Assembly: GCA_937929885.1 (NCBI GenBank)
Contig: CALFUQ010000077.1
Location: forward strand, 5,105-69,104
DNA from: an uncultured Saprospiraceae bacterium
GTDB taxonomy: Bacteria; Bacteroidota; Bacteroidia; Chitinophagales; Saprospiraceae
Direction of reading: 5' to 3'
DNA: 64,000 nucleotides
Below, in pieces: positions 17,064 to 26,315 of the stretch. The notes below the pieces were generated by a model. It worked only from the letters and a program-made list of their open reading frames with translations. It was not told where the DNA came from and did not search any database. A program made the position numbers and the translations under genes. Position 1 is the first letter of the stretch. Each line of letters opens with the position of its first letter.

Positions 17064-19872
17064 CGTCTAATTCATAACCTAGATTAATGCCTTTCTCTAA
17101 AGCTGGGCTTGGTTCTCTCATCCATCTTGGCGCTGGAGCATCTTTAAGATAGTGATCAAAAAACTGCTTAAGCCTGATATTAAAATCCAGTCTATTCTGC
17201 CATTTGAGTGGCCAGTGTGGTTCTCCATTATAATTAAGCATCCACGAGGGTTTACCTAACCTTCTAAGTGCTACGAAGTATTCTATCCCCTGATACCATG
17301 GTACATGACCATCAGCATCATTGTGCATTATTAACACAGGCGTATTCATCTTATCTAAGTTAAAGAGTGGTGAATTTTCTAGGTATAGATCAGGTCTCTC
17401 CCATAATGTAGCTCCTAGCCTACTCTGAGTTTTTTCGTACTGAAACATTCTAGATAATCCAGTTTGCCATCTGATCCCTCCATAAGCACTAGTCATATTT
17501 ACAACAGGCGCGCCAGCCTCTGCACAGGCAAACATATCTGTCTTAGTTAGAAGATCAGCTATCTGATATCCTCCCCAGCTATGTCCTTGCAGGGCTATCC
17601 TATCTTCATCTATGAATCCCATTCTAATAAGCTCTTTAACCGCAGGTATAACATTGTCATAACAACTCTTGCCAGGATAGCCATCTTCATAATGAATATT
17701 AGGATTGAAAACTACGTACCCATTATTAACGTAAAAAGTATAATTGATGGTAGATCTACCAGCACTCGGGGCTCTATGCCTAAATAATCTATCTGCACTT
17801 TTTTCATAAAAATTTACTATCAATGGATACTTCTTTTTACGATCAAAATTCTCAGGTGTATACAATAAGCCTTCAACTTGCTTACCATTATTATTTTCAA
17901 AATAGATGAGTTCAGCTTGGCCCCACTTATAATTTTTTTGCTGAGGGTTTGCAATAGAAACCCTTGATTCATTTTTGAGATCCATCTTGTTGTGGAGCAA
18001 ATCTGGAAATAACTCAAAAGATTCTTTCGTGTATACTATATCATCAGAATCTTTTGCTTTTAGAAAATTGGCAAAATGAAAATCTTCATGGACAAAATCA
18101 TGGTAAGTCATATCCTTTAAGTCTAGAAAGCCGATTGTACTAGATTTATGCTCTTCGTCAAATCCACGGATAAGCAATTTATCACTTGGTAAGAATTTTT
18201 CTTCTCGATCTAAAGGAATAACTCTACTAACCACTCTGCTAGCCCGACCATTAGTCATATTGATTGCTTTGCTATTTCCAGTGGGGTCTATTGACCAGAT
18301 ATCAAATCTGCCATTAATCAACAATCTCTCTTCATCTCCAGTCCATCCAGCTATACCATACGATCTTGGCAAGGATGGAGAATCATGTAATTCATTATGG
18401 AAGCTGGCATCTATATCCGTCGTTACATTTCGCATTTTTTCTGTAGCAACATGATAGGTATACCATGAAGAGTCTGGATAGTTGTACCAATAGAAATAAT
18501 TACCCAATGGAGATACTCTCGACCTAGCGTGCATTTTAGTAGCAATGGTTTTATGCTCTCCTGTATTAACATTAATCTTATATAAATCATCATAAGAAAA
18601 TCCCATCCATGAAATATTCTGTTGGTATGGTTTATCATTTAATCCCAAAGCGTACTCGCTAGTACCTTCACCATTAAGTCTCACATCGGGTATATCTATG
18701 CTTCCCAAATTGAAAATTTTCTTATCCTCAATATTATAAACACTCAGATAGCTTTTCTTTAGTTCTCTGTCTGCTTGAGCTGTTTGCTGGGTGTATAGCT
18801 TAGGATCCTGATAGCTCCACACTTCGACATTGACTATCTCCTCATCTAGCAAAGTAGTGTCTTGCAATACCTTTTGTGGTTTAGAGCCAAAGAATAATCG
18901 TTTTCCATCTTCTGAGAAAAGTAATTTTTGATCAGGGCTTATATCCCATCCCTCTTCTATAACTCCTGAAGACCTATCAGCTATTTTATCTAAGGCACCA
19001 GCACTCCAATGATATAATTCGTAAGGCCTGTGCTCTACCTCTGTGGTATCTAGATCTACAAGGAAGGCAATTTGATCACCAGCTTTATCCATAGACAGGC
19101 TTGAGTACTTCCCTTTTGATCTAAATATAGGAGCAGCACTCCCCTCACTTTTATGATACAAAAAGACACCCGCTAACTCAGTAGAATCATTACCTAAACT
19201 ATTGATCAGTAATGCCTCTCCCTCTTCCGAAAATATAAATTCAGAAACATTATCTAAGGTGTCTACCTTATTCAATTGCATGTTTTGTACAACTAGCGTT
19301 TCTGATTTCTTCCCTTTCTTAGGTTTCTTTTTCTTCGGTTTCTTTTTTGGGAGAGGTTTCTCAGTCATTGTAGTATCCGCTTCTTCTTCTACGGGATCTA
19401 AAGTGAAGGCAATTAATCCACTCCATTTCTTTGGCGATTTAAATTTTCCAATGTTAGGTAATACTTCTAATGATTGAGTAGAAAGATTAAAAACTCCTAA
19501 GCTGTCTTTTGGCATTTCATCTGGCTTAGTTTTTTTTCTCTTAAGCTCTTTGACATGATGCTTGGATGGTTTGATTGTGAAGTAAACAAAATTATTATCA
19601 GCAGAAAAAACTGGCTCTTCTACTCGCTTAAATGTTTTAGTATTTTTTTGTCTTGTGTTATAGATCTTAAGAGTTTTGTCACCTTGATCTGGACTCTGGG
19701 TATATAATACCCAATCGCCATTGTTTGAGATTTTAGTGTCTGATATCTTATTCCATATTGAGTAGACTGACTCATCCATTATTTTCTTGTCCTGTGAAAT
19801 CCCGTAGTGGATATTTATGATCCAAGAAATAATTATTAATAAACTAATACGCAAAAGAGATGGCTTAAACAT
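17047..19872 (-). CDS. S9 family serine peptidase (prolyl oligopeptidase/dipeptidyl aminopeptidase type) with N-terminal beta-propeller
   Basis: 941 aa with a signal peptide. The catalytic motif is LQGHSWGGYQ, with downstream MHNDADGHVP (Asp/His region). Confidence 0.85.
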   Translation of the reverse strand: MFKPSLLRISLLIIISWIINIHYGISQDKKIMDESVYSIWNKISDTKISNNGDWVLYTQSPDQGDKTLKIYNTRQKNTKTFKRVEEPVFSADNNFVYFTIKPSKHHVKELKRKKTKPDEMPKDSLGVFNLSTQSLEVLPNIGKFKSPKKWSGLIAFTLDPVEEEADTTMTEKPLPKKKPKKKKPKKGKKSETLVVQNMQLNKVDTLDNVSEFIFSEEGEALLINSLGNDSTELAGVFLYHKSEGSAAPIFRSKGKYSSLSMDKAGDQIAFLVDLDTTEVEHRPYELYHWSAGALDKIADRSSGVIEEGWDISPDQKLLFSEDGKRLFFGSKPQKVLQDTTLLDEEIVNVEVWSYQDPKLYTQQTAQADRELKKSYLSVYNIEDKKIFNLGSIDIPDVRLNGEGTSEYALGLNDKPYQQNISWMGFSYDDLYKINVNTGEHKTIATKMHARSRVSPLGNYFYWYNYPDSSWYTYHVATEKMRNVTTDIDASFHNELHDSPSLPRSYGIAGWTGDEERLLINGRFDIWSIDPTGNSKAINMTNGRASRVVSRVIPLDREEKFLPSDKLLIRGFDEEHKSSTIGFLDLKDMTYHDFVHEDFHFANFLKAKDSDDIVYTKESFELFPDLLHNKMDLKNESRVSIANPQQKNYKWGQAELIYFENNNGKQVEGLLYTPENFDRKKKYPLIVNFYEKSADRLFRHRAPSAGRSTINYTFYVNNGYVVFNPNIHYEDGYPGKSCYDNVIPAVKELIRMGFIDEDRIALQGHSWGGYQIADLLTKTDMFACAEAGAPVVNMTSAYGGIRWQTGLSRMFQYEKTQSRLGATLWERPDLYLENSPLFNLDKMNTPVLIMHNDADGHVPWYQGIEYFVALRRLGKPSWMLNYNGEPHWPLKWQNRLDFNIRLKQFFDHYLKDAPAPRWMREPSPALEKGINLGYELDDASRN

Positions 19873-19879
19873 AGATTTG
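19872..19879 (+). promoter_or_regulatory. -7 promoter box TAgaTTTG
   Basis: Exact TAnnTTTG match 50 nt upstream of the mgsA ATG (19929). Confidence 0.35.
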
Positions 19880-19928
19880 TGATCTTTATGTAAGAAGTCA
19901 TAATGACCTCACAAACAAATAATGTTCA

Positions 19929-20312
19929 ATGTCAGAAAAAATATCTAAAAACGTTGCATTAATAGCCCACGATGGCAAGAAAGCTGAGATGGTATCTTTT
20001 ATTCTTCAGAACAAGGTATACCTCGATGGTGCAAAATTATTTGCTACAGGGACCACCGGCACCCATATAGAAGATGCGGAGTTTTTAGTCACTAAACTAC
20101 TATCTGGCCCACTAGGAGGAGATGCTCAGATTGCGACTTTGGTTGCCACTGGTAAAATCGATGTGGTTATTTTCTTTAGGGATCCACTAGATAAGCACCC
20201 GCACGAGCCTGATGTCCAGATGCTAATGAGACAGTGTGATGTACACAACATTCCTCTTGCAACAAACCCAGCAGCTGCTAAGTTGTTATTAGTAGGTTTA
20301 CAAAACAGTTGA
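19929..20312 (+). CDS. mgsA: Methylglyoxal synthase
   Basis: 127 aa with the classic MgsA pattern: ALIAHDGKK..ATGTTG..GPLGGDAQIA..VIFFRDPL..HPHEPDVQMLMRQCDVHNIPLATN. Confidence 0.9.
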   Translation: MSEKISKNVALIAHDGKKAEMVSFILQNKVYLDGAKLFATGTTGTHIEDAEFLVTKLLSGPLGGDAQIATLVATGKIDVVIFFRDPLDKHPHEPDVQMLMRQCDVHNIPLATNPAAAKLLLVGLQNS

Positions 20313-20318
20313 TCCTGC

Positions 20319-22115
20319 TTGACCACCGAAGATTATAAAAAAATATCAGACACACTACCTAAGCAACCAGGGGTTTACAGATTTAGAGATAAAGATGAAG
20401 AGATCCTCTATGTCGGTAAAGCTAAAAACCTCAAGAATCGCTTGGCCTCATATTTTGGTGAGAAAAAACATCAAGCTTATAAAACTCGTGTACTTGTCAA
20501 AAATGCTGATCACTTTGACTACACAATTGTCGACACTGAGAACGATGCTCTACTCCTCGAGAACACACTAATAAAAAAATTCCAACCAAGGTATAATGTT
20601 ATGCTAAAGGATGGTAAGTCCTATGCTTACATCTGTATCAAAAATGAAAGATTTCCTAGAGTCTTTTTTACACGCAGAGTTTATAAAGATGGATCAACGT
20701 ATCTAGGACCATACACTTCTAAATTTAGGGCTAACGAGATTTTCGAATTGATTAAGCAGCTATTCCCTTTAAGGACATGCAAGTTTAACTTGTCTGAAGA
20801 AAATATCAATGCTGGCAAATTTAAAGTCTGCTTAGAGTATCACATCAAAAATTGTCTAGGACCGTGTGAAAACCACGAAGAAGAAGAATCATACAACAAA
20901 AAGATAACTCAGATTAAGAATATCCTGAAAGGGAAATTTAAACCAGTAAAAGATTATATCAAACAAGAGATGCAAATCCATGCTGATAATCTCGAATTTG
21001 AGATGGCCGAACAGTACAGAGAAAAACTCTCCTATTTTGAAAATTTTCATTCTAAGTCTACAGTAGTAAGTGCCACCATATCTGATGTAGATGTATTTAC
21101 CATACATGATTATGAAGACTCTGCATATGTGAATTACCTGAAGGTGGTGAATGGAATGCTCATTAACACTGACACGTTAGAGCTAAAGAAAAACCTAAAT
21201 ACTGAGCATGCCGATTTACTCAGGTATGCAATCCCTCACATAAGGACCAAGTTTAACAGCATCGCTCCTGAGGTGGTTTTACCCTTTAATGTGGAGGGAT
21301 TAGAAGACGATATCAAAATAACTGTACCACAGCGGGCAGAAAAAAAGAAGCTCCTGGAACTATCAAATAAAAACATTACTTATTTCATCCTCCAACTAAA
21401 AAAGCAAGCACTTAACAAGATTAAAAAACAAACCTCCGCAGAACGTATCCTTAAAACTATGAAAGAGGATTTACAAATGGATGTAGTGCCTTTTCATATT
21501 GAGTGTTTTGATAACTCTAACATTCAAGGTACTAACCCTGTGGCAAGTTGTGTGGTTTTTAAAAATGCAAAGCCATCAAAAAAGGACTATAGGAAATTTA
21601 ACATTAAAACAGTCGAAGGCCCCGATGATTTTGCATCAATGGAGGAAGTTGTGCGCAGAAGATACACTAGACTTAAAAACGAAAATCAGGACCTCCCACA
21701 ACTAGTAATCATAGATGGAGGGAAAGGTCAACTTAGCTCAGCATACAAGATCATGAAAGAGCTAGGCCTAGAAAAAAAGATAACACTTATAGGAATTGCT
21801 AAGCGACTAGAAGAGATTTACTTCCCAGAAGATTCTATTCCTCTCTATATCAACAAAAAATCTGAATCTCTAAAGGTCATACAAATGGCTAGAAATGAAG
21901 CGCATCGATTTGCAATTAACTTCCACAGAGACCAACGATCCAAAAATTTTATTGGAAGTCAATTGACAGAAATAAAAGGTATAGGCAAAAAAACGGCAGA
22001 TACACTTCTAAAAGCTTTCGGCTCTGTAACCAAAATAAAAGAAGCTGCAGATGAAGAATTACTCACCCACGTCAGTGCAGGTATCATTAAGAAGCTCAGG
22101 GACGGCTTGAGTTAG
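20319..22115 (+). CDS. uvrC: Excinuclease ABC subunit C
   Basis: 598 aa with a TTG start. It has the GIY-YIG motif GVYRFRDKDEEILYVGKAKNLKNRLASYF, a UVR domain, an endonuclease V-like domain and C-terminal HhH IKGIGKKTADTLLKAFGS. Confidence 0.92.
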   Translation: MTTEDYKKISDTLPKQPGVYRFRDKDEEILYVGKAKNLKNRLASYFGEKKHQAYKTRVLVKNADHFDYTIVDTENDALLLENTLIKKFQPRYNVMLKDGKSYAYICIKNERFPRVFFTRRVYKDGSTYLGPYTSKFRANEIFELIKQLFPLRTCKFNLSEENINAGKFKVCLEYHIKNCLGPCENHEEEESYNKKITQIKNILKGKFKPVKDYIKQEMQIHADNLEFEMAEQYREKLSYFENFHSKSTVVSATISDVDVFTIHDYEDSAYVNYLKVVNGMLINTDTLELKKNLNTEHADLLRYAIPHIRTKFNSIAPEVVLPFNVEGLEDDIKITVPQRAEKKKLLELSNKNITYFILQLKKQALNKIKKQTSAERILKTMKEDLQMDVVPFHIECFDNSNIQGTNPVASCVVFKNAKPSKKDYRKFNIKTVEGPDDFASMEEVVRRRYTRLKNENQDLPQLVIIDGGKGQLSSAYKIMKELGLEKKITLIGIAKRLEEIYFPEDSIPLYINKKSESLKVIQMARNEAHRFAINFHRDQRSKNFIGSQLTEIKGIGKKTADTLLKAFGSVTKIKEAADEELLTHVSAGIIKKLRDGLS

Positions 22116-22580
22116 AGAGGTCGCTAATGCTCTATCTCCCATTGCCATTAATTCTGCTTTTGTCAAGCTTCCAAGATTTTTCTCAAGCACACCTCCCCTT
22201 TGATTAAGGAATAATAAGCCAGGATAGTTTCTGATTTGCCAAAGAGCCACTAGATTAGGACCATTGACTTTTTCTCCATCTAATTTGTAGCATATGAAAT
22301 TATCATTTAGATAATCCATAGCTTCTCTATCACCATACACAGATTCATTCATAACCTTACACGGTAAGCACCAGTCAGCATAGATATCAACATAGACTAG
22401 TTTATTCTCTTTTACGGCTTTATCTAATATGTTGCTCAGATTATCAGTCCTATAAAAATACTTTAACTGAGCATCTTGAGTTAAGATGCCTTTTTTAGCC
22501 ACTTCCTTTTTTGAAGAGCAGGCAGTCATTATAAATAATGATGATAATAGAAGAAAAATAGAAATAGGGAGAAACCTCAT
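22059..22580 (-). CDS. Thioredoxin-fold lipoprotein (thioredoxin_7/DUF255-like)
   Basis: 173 aa with lipobox IMTACSS and a CxxC active site, YADWCLPCKVM. Its last 57 nt overlap the 3' end of convergent uvrC. Confidence 0.7.
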   Translation of the reverse strand: MRFLPISIFLLLSSLFIMTACSSKKEVAKKGILTQDAQLKYFYRTDNLSNILDKAVKENKLVYVDIYADWCLPCKVMNESVYGDREAMDYLNDNFICYKLDGEKVNGPNLVALWQIRNYPGLLFLNQRGGVLEKNLGSLTKAELMAMGDRALATSLTQAVPELLNDTCTDVGE

Positions 22581-22630
22581 GTCAACGTCTTGTAGTCGAA
22601 GAGTATAACTATCAATTTTGAATAATTATT

Positions 22631-23719
22631 TTATCCCTGCCTTAGCACTTTATTATAGAGATTGTGAACTTGCAGGCTGGTAGTTCTGATATCGTATTGC
22701 TGAATTCTATTAAACGCATTTTTAGTTAGTTTATCCCTTAAATCACCATCATCAATTAGTTGATTAATCAATTGGGCTAATCTCTCAAAATCTCCAATAT
22801 CAGCTAAAAGAGCAGAAGATTGATCTTCTACAAGATCTACAGTGCCTTCGCAGCTAGTTGCTACGATTGGGATTTGATATTTCATCGCTTCTTGAATTGT
22901 ATTACCTAAGCCTTCACTTACACTAGTAGAAAGTAAAATATCTACATCGGTCAAGTACTGATGAGCATCTTGGATATAACCAGTGATTATAATATTATCC
23001 TTAACCCCTAACTCATTAATAAGCGCTTCTACAGATGGTAACGATCCTTCATCTCTTCCAATAATTAAAAACTTTACCTTTCCTTGATACTTCTTGATAA
23101 ATTCATTAGCAGCTTTGACGAAAGTGATAAAATCTTTCTGAGGTGATATAGCTGCAAGGTTTGCTATGATTTTAAAATCAGATGAAATATTTAATTTATC
23201 GCGAAGAGACTTTTTTTCAGGTACTGTATTCAGTTCAATCCCACTAGGAATTTTGGCTAATTTTTCTTTTGAGAGATTTAAATTAGAAAGTGATTCTTCA
23301 ACTGAATTAGATAAACTAATTACCTTCTTAACAAGTGGGTGTGCGTAATAAAATCTAGAGGTATTTTTAATTGGGAAACTAACTCGTCTAGTTACTACGG
23401 ATGGTACTTTGTTAGCAAAGAGTTTATAAGAATAGTAAGTAAACTGATGACTATGTGGATCGTGCAAGTGAATCAAACTAACCTTTTCTTGCTCACCTAA
23501 TTTTTTTATAAAAGCAGACACAAACATATTTGCAGGAGACAACTTCATATAAGTTACTAGCTTACTTAAGCCTTCTACCTTCCTTTTAGATAGCTCACTG
23601 CCTGAAGGACATAACAAAATATTCTCCGCACCTAAAAGAGCTAACTCTTTGATTAACAAACAAACCTGATGTTCTCCCCCACGAAAGGTCTTTGCAGATG
23701 AAATATGTAAAATTTTCAT
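22631..23719 (-). CDS. Glycosyltransferase family 4 (GT-B, WaaG-like)
   Basis: 362 aa with N-terminal MKILHISSAKTFRGGEHQ and C-terminal EGLGNTIQEAMKYQIPIVAT (E-x7-E type region). Confidence 0.8.
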   Translation of the reverse strand: MKILHISSAKTFRGGEHQVCLLIKELALLGAENILLCPSGSELSKRKVEGLSKLVTYMKLSPANMFVSAFIKKLGEQEKVSLIHLHDPHSHQFTYYSYKLFANKVPSVVTRRVSFPIKNTSRFYYAHPLVKKVISLSNSVEESLSNLNLSKEKLAKIPSGIELNTVPEKKSLRDKLNISSDFKIIANLAAISPQKDFITFVKAANEFIKKYQGKVKFLIIGRDEGSLPSVEALINELGVKDNIIITGYIQDAHQYLTDVDILLSTSVSEGLGNTIQEAMKYQIPIVATSCEGTVDLVEDQSSALLADIGDFERLAQLINQLIDDGDLRDKLTKNAFNRIQQYDIRTTSLQVHNLYNKVLRQG

Positions 23720-24477
23720 CTTCTATAATCAAGTTGCTTGTAATACTTAAGTTGCTCCTTGACCAACAAGTATGACATCTTGCTTATCATGAATCCTTCT
23801 CTCCCATCCAAAATTCCAAGTCGAATTATATACGTCTTGAAAAACCTAAAACTAGGTCCAAATAACTTTTTAAATACACCAGGGTGTTTGTTTTGCAGCT
23901 TCCATTTTTTAGCAGTGAGCTTAGCGTACTTTTTTATTTTCTGATGGTGATGCTCTATGTTTGGGTAACTATAGTGAAGTAAATTTCCAGGAAGTCTTTC
24001 TACTTTAAACTTATCCTCGAAGATTAATTTCTCATGCACTAACTCACCATTCCACAGAGCACAATGTTTGTTATAAAGTCTGTTTTTATAGCTAGGATAC
24101 CAGCCACAATACCTTATCCATCTTCCTAAGTAGTTAGTCTTTACATTGAGAGCATAGATTTTATCTTGTTGTAGATTAATCTCTTTTATAGTTTCTCTCA
24201 ATTTATCATCTGGTCTTTCATCTGCATCAATGGATAATATCCAATCCGTTTGAGTTTGTTCTACACCAAAGTTTTTTTGATTTCCATAAGAGATCCAATC
24301 ATTGACAAAGACTTTCGCGCCAAGTATTTTGGCAACTGAAACTGTGTTGTCTTTGCTATTGGCATCCACAACAATCACTTCGTCGACTATCTCAGCAACT
24401 GATTTTATACAAGCAGCAATATTATGTGCTTCATTGTAAGTAATGATAACTGCAGATATATTACGAGTCAAGGTCAA
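23716..24477 (-). CDS. Glycosyltransferase family 2
   Basis: 253 aa. It has ISAVIITYNEAHNI..VVDANSKDNT..SIDADE (DxD), typical of GT2. 4-nt overlaps on both sides indicate an operon. Confidence 0.8.
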   Translation of the reverse strand: MTLTRNISAVIITYNEAHNIAACIKSVAEIVDEVIVVDANSKDNTVSVAKILGAKVFVNDWISYGNQKNFGVEQTQTDWILSIDADERPDDKLRETIKEINLQQDKIYALNVKTNYLGRWIRYCGWYPSYKNRLYNKHCALWNGELVHEKLIFEDKFKVERLPGNLLHYSYPNIEHHHQKIKKYAKLTAKKWKLQNKHPGVFKKLFGPSFRFFKTYIIRLGILDGREGFMISKMSYLLVKEQLKYYKQLDYRR

Positions 24478-25247
24478 GCCTTTTTGTTTGCACTAGCAAC
24501 AAAGTAAGGGTTAAGCAGATCTTTTTTATTATAAATTACTGGATCATCCGTTCCATATATTTTCACGGAACCTCCTGCTTCCTCAAGTACTATTTGAGCA
24601 GCAGCAGTATCCCACTCCATTGTCGGAGCAATTCTAGGATATAATTCTGCATCCCCTTTCGCTAGGATTAAGAACTTTAAAGAGCTACCCTTAGCTACCA
24701 ATTCTGGAGATTCTAGCTCATCAACAAATGCTTGTGTTTCTTCGTTAAGGTGTGATCTTGAGCAAACTACCCTTAGTCCTGAATCCGCATTTGTAAATTC
24801 ATTAGCACTTAGCTTTTGCTCTTTGCCATCAGATGCTAAGTATGCTCCTTCTCCTTTCACGGCCCAATACATCTCTTTCAAAACTGGTGCATAGACTATT
24901 CCCATTACAGGTTTTTGGTTGTGGATCAGGGCTATATTTACAGTAAACTCTCCATTCTTTTTTATAAACTCTTTGGTCCCATCTAAGGGATCTACTAACC
25001 AGTAATACTCATAGGCGCTTCGCTCTTCATAATCAACAAGTTTATTCTCTTCAGATATGATAGGATATCTTTTAGATAGTTTTTCTAGTCCTGCACATAT
25101 AATGTCATTAGCTGTTTTATCAGCAATTGTTAATGGAGAGTCATCAGCTTTTGCCTCTACACTAAAGTCTCCAGTATTGTAGATTTCTATTATGGCTTCT
25201 CCAGCACTTCTTGCTATTTCTAGCAGTTCATCTTTTAATTCTAGCAT
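24474..25247 (-). CDS. cysQ: 3'(2'),5'-bisphosphate nucleotidase
   Basis: 257 aa with inositol-monophosphatase-family motifs ISEE, WLVDPLDGTKEF and WDTAAAQIVLEEAGG. Confidence 0.85.
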   Translation of the reverse strand: MLELKDELLEIARSAGEAIIEIYNTGDFSVEAKADDSPLTIADKTANDIICAGLEKLSKRYPIISEENKLVDYEERSAYEYYWLVDPLDGTKEFIKKNGEFTVNIALIHNQKPVMGIVYAPVLKEMYWAVKGEGAYLASDGKEQKLSANEFTNADSGLRVVCSRSHLNEETQAFVDELESPELVAKGSSLKFLILAKGDAELYPRIAPTMEWDTAAAQIVLEEAGGSVKIYGTDDPVIYNKKDLLNPYFVASANKKA

Positions 25248-25265
25248 CGCGAAATATTAGATTGT

Positions 25266-25273
25266 TAATTTTG
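25266..25273 (+). promoter_or_regulatory. -7 promoter box TAatTTTG
   Basis: Exact TAnnTTTG match 26 nt upstream of the galE ATG (25299). Confidence 0.4.
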
Positions 25274-25298
25274 GTTCAAATATGGAAATAAATACGGA

Positions 25299-26315
25299 AT
25301 GAGTAAGATTTTAGTTACAGGTGGTACAGGATATATAGGAAGTCACACCCTAGTAGATTTGATAGAGAGTGGGTTTGAGGTGATTTCTATTGATAATTAT
25401 ATCAATTCTGATGCTAAGCCGTTAGAAAGCATCAAAGAAATAACTGGCAAAGAAGTTAAAAATTACGTCGTTGATTTATGTGATGAAGAAGCACTTCATG
25501 ATGTCTTTAAAGAGAATACAGACATTAGTGGGATAATTCACTTTGCTGCGCTAAAGTCTGTTGGCGATTCTGTAGCAGATCCAGTATTGTATTTCAGAAA
25601 CAATGTTGTTGGGTTAATCAACCTTATTGAGTGCACCTTAAAATATAAAATCGAGAATTTTATTTTCTCCTCTTCTTGCACCGTATATGGGAATACAGAA
25701 ACCCTCCCAGTTACGGAATCAACGCCAGAACAAGAAGCAGAATCGCCTTATGGCAGGACTAAACAGATAGGGGAAAAAATGCTGAAAGATGCATTTAACA
25801 ATTCGCAAACGAAATGCATAGCACTCAGATATTTTAATCCTGCTGGAGCGCACAAATCTAATAAGCTGGGAGAGTCACCTGTCAATAAAGCGCTAAATCT
25901 TGTACCTGTTGTCACAGAAACTGCGATTGGGAAAAGAGATAATATGACTGTCTTTGGAAATGATTACGATACTAGAGATGGTAGTTGCATAAGAGATTAC
26001 ATTCATGTAATGGATCTTGCAGACGCGCACACCAAAGCCATAAAGTTTTTATTGGATAAAAAGCAATCTGAAAATTTTGATACCTATAATCTTGGAATTG
26101 GCAACGGTGTATCTGTGCTGGAAGCAATTAATGCTTTTGAAAAAGTATCTGGTCAAAAATTAAATTACACCCTAGGGAAAAGACGAGAAGGAGATGTGAT
26201 AGCAATCTATGCAGATTATAACAAAGCAAAATCTAATCTTAACTGGACACCTCAGTATGGCATAGAAGATATTATGGATACTGCCTGGAGATGGGAACAA
26301 GCTAGATCAAAGTAA
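25299..26315 (+). CDS. galE: UDP-glucose 4-epimerase
   Basis: 338 aa. It has ILVTGGTGYIGSHT, catalytic YGRTK (YxxxK), and RDYIHVMDLADAH. Confidence 0.92.
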   Translation: MSKILVTGGTGYIGSHTLVDLIESGFEVISIDNYINSDAKPLESIKEITGKEVKNYVVDLCDEEALHDVFKENTDISGIIHFAALKSVGDSVADPVLYFRNNVVGLINLIECTLKYKIENFIFSSSCTVYGNTETLPVTESTPEQEAESPYGRTKQIGEKMLKDAFNNSQTKCIALRYFNPAGAHKSNKLGESPVNKALNLVPVVTETAIGKRDNMTVFGNDYDTRDGSCIRDYIHVMDLADAHTKAIKFLLDKKQSENFDTYNLGIGNGVSVLEAINAFEKVSGQKLNYTLGKRREGDVIAIYADYNKAKSNLNWTPQYGIEDIMDTAWRWEQARSK

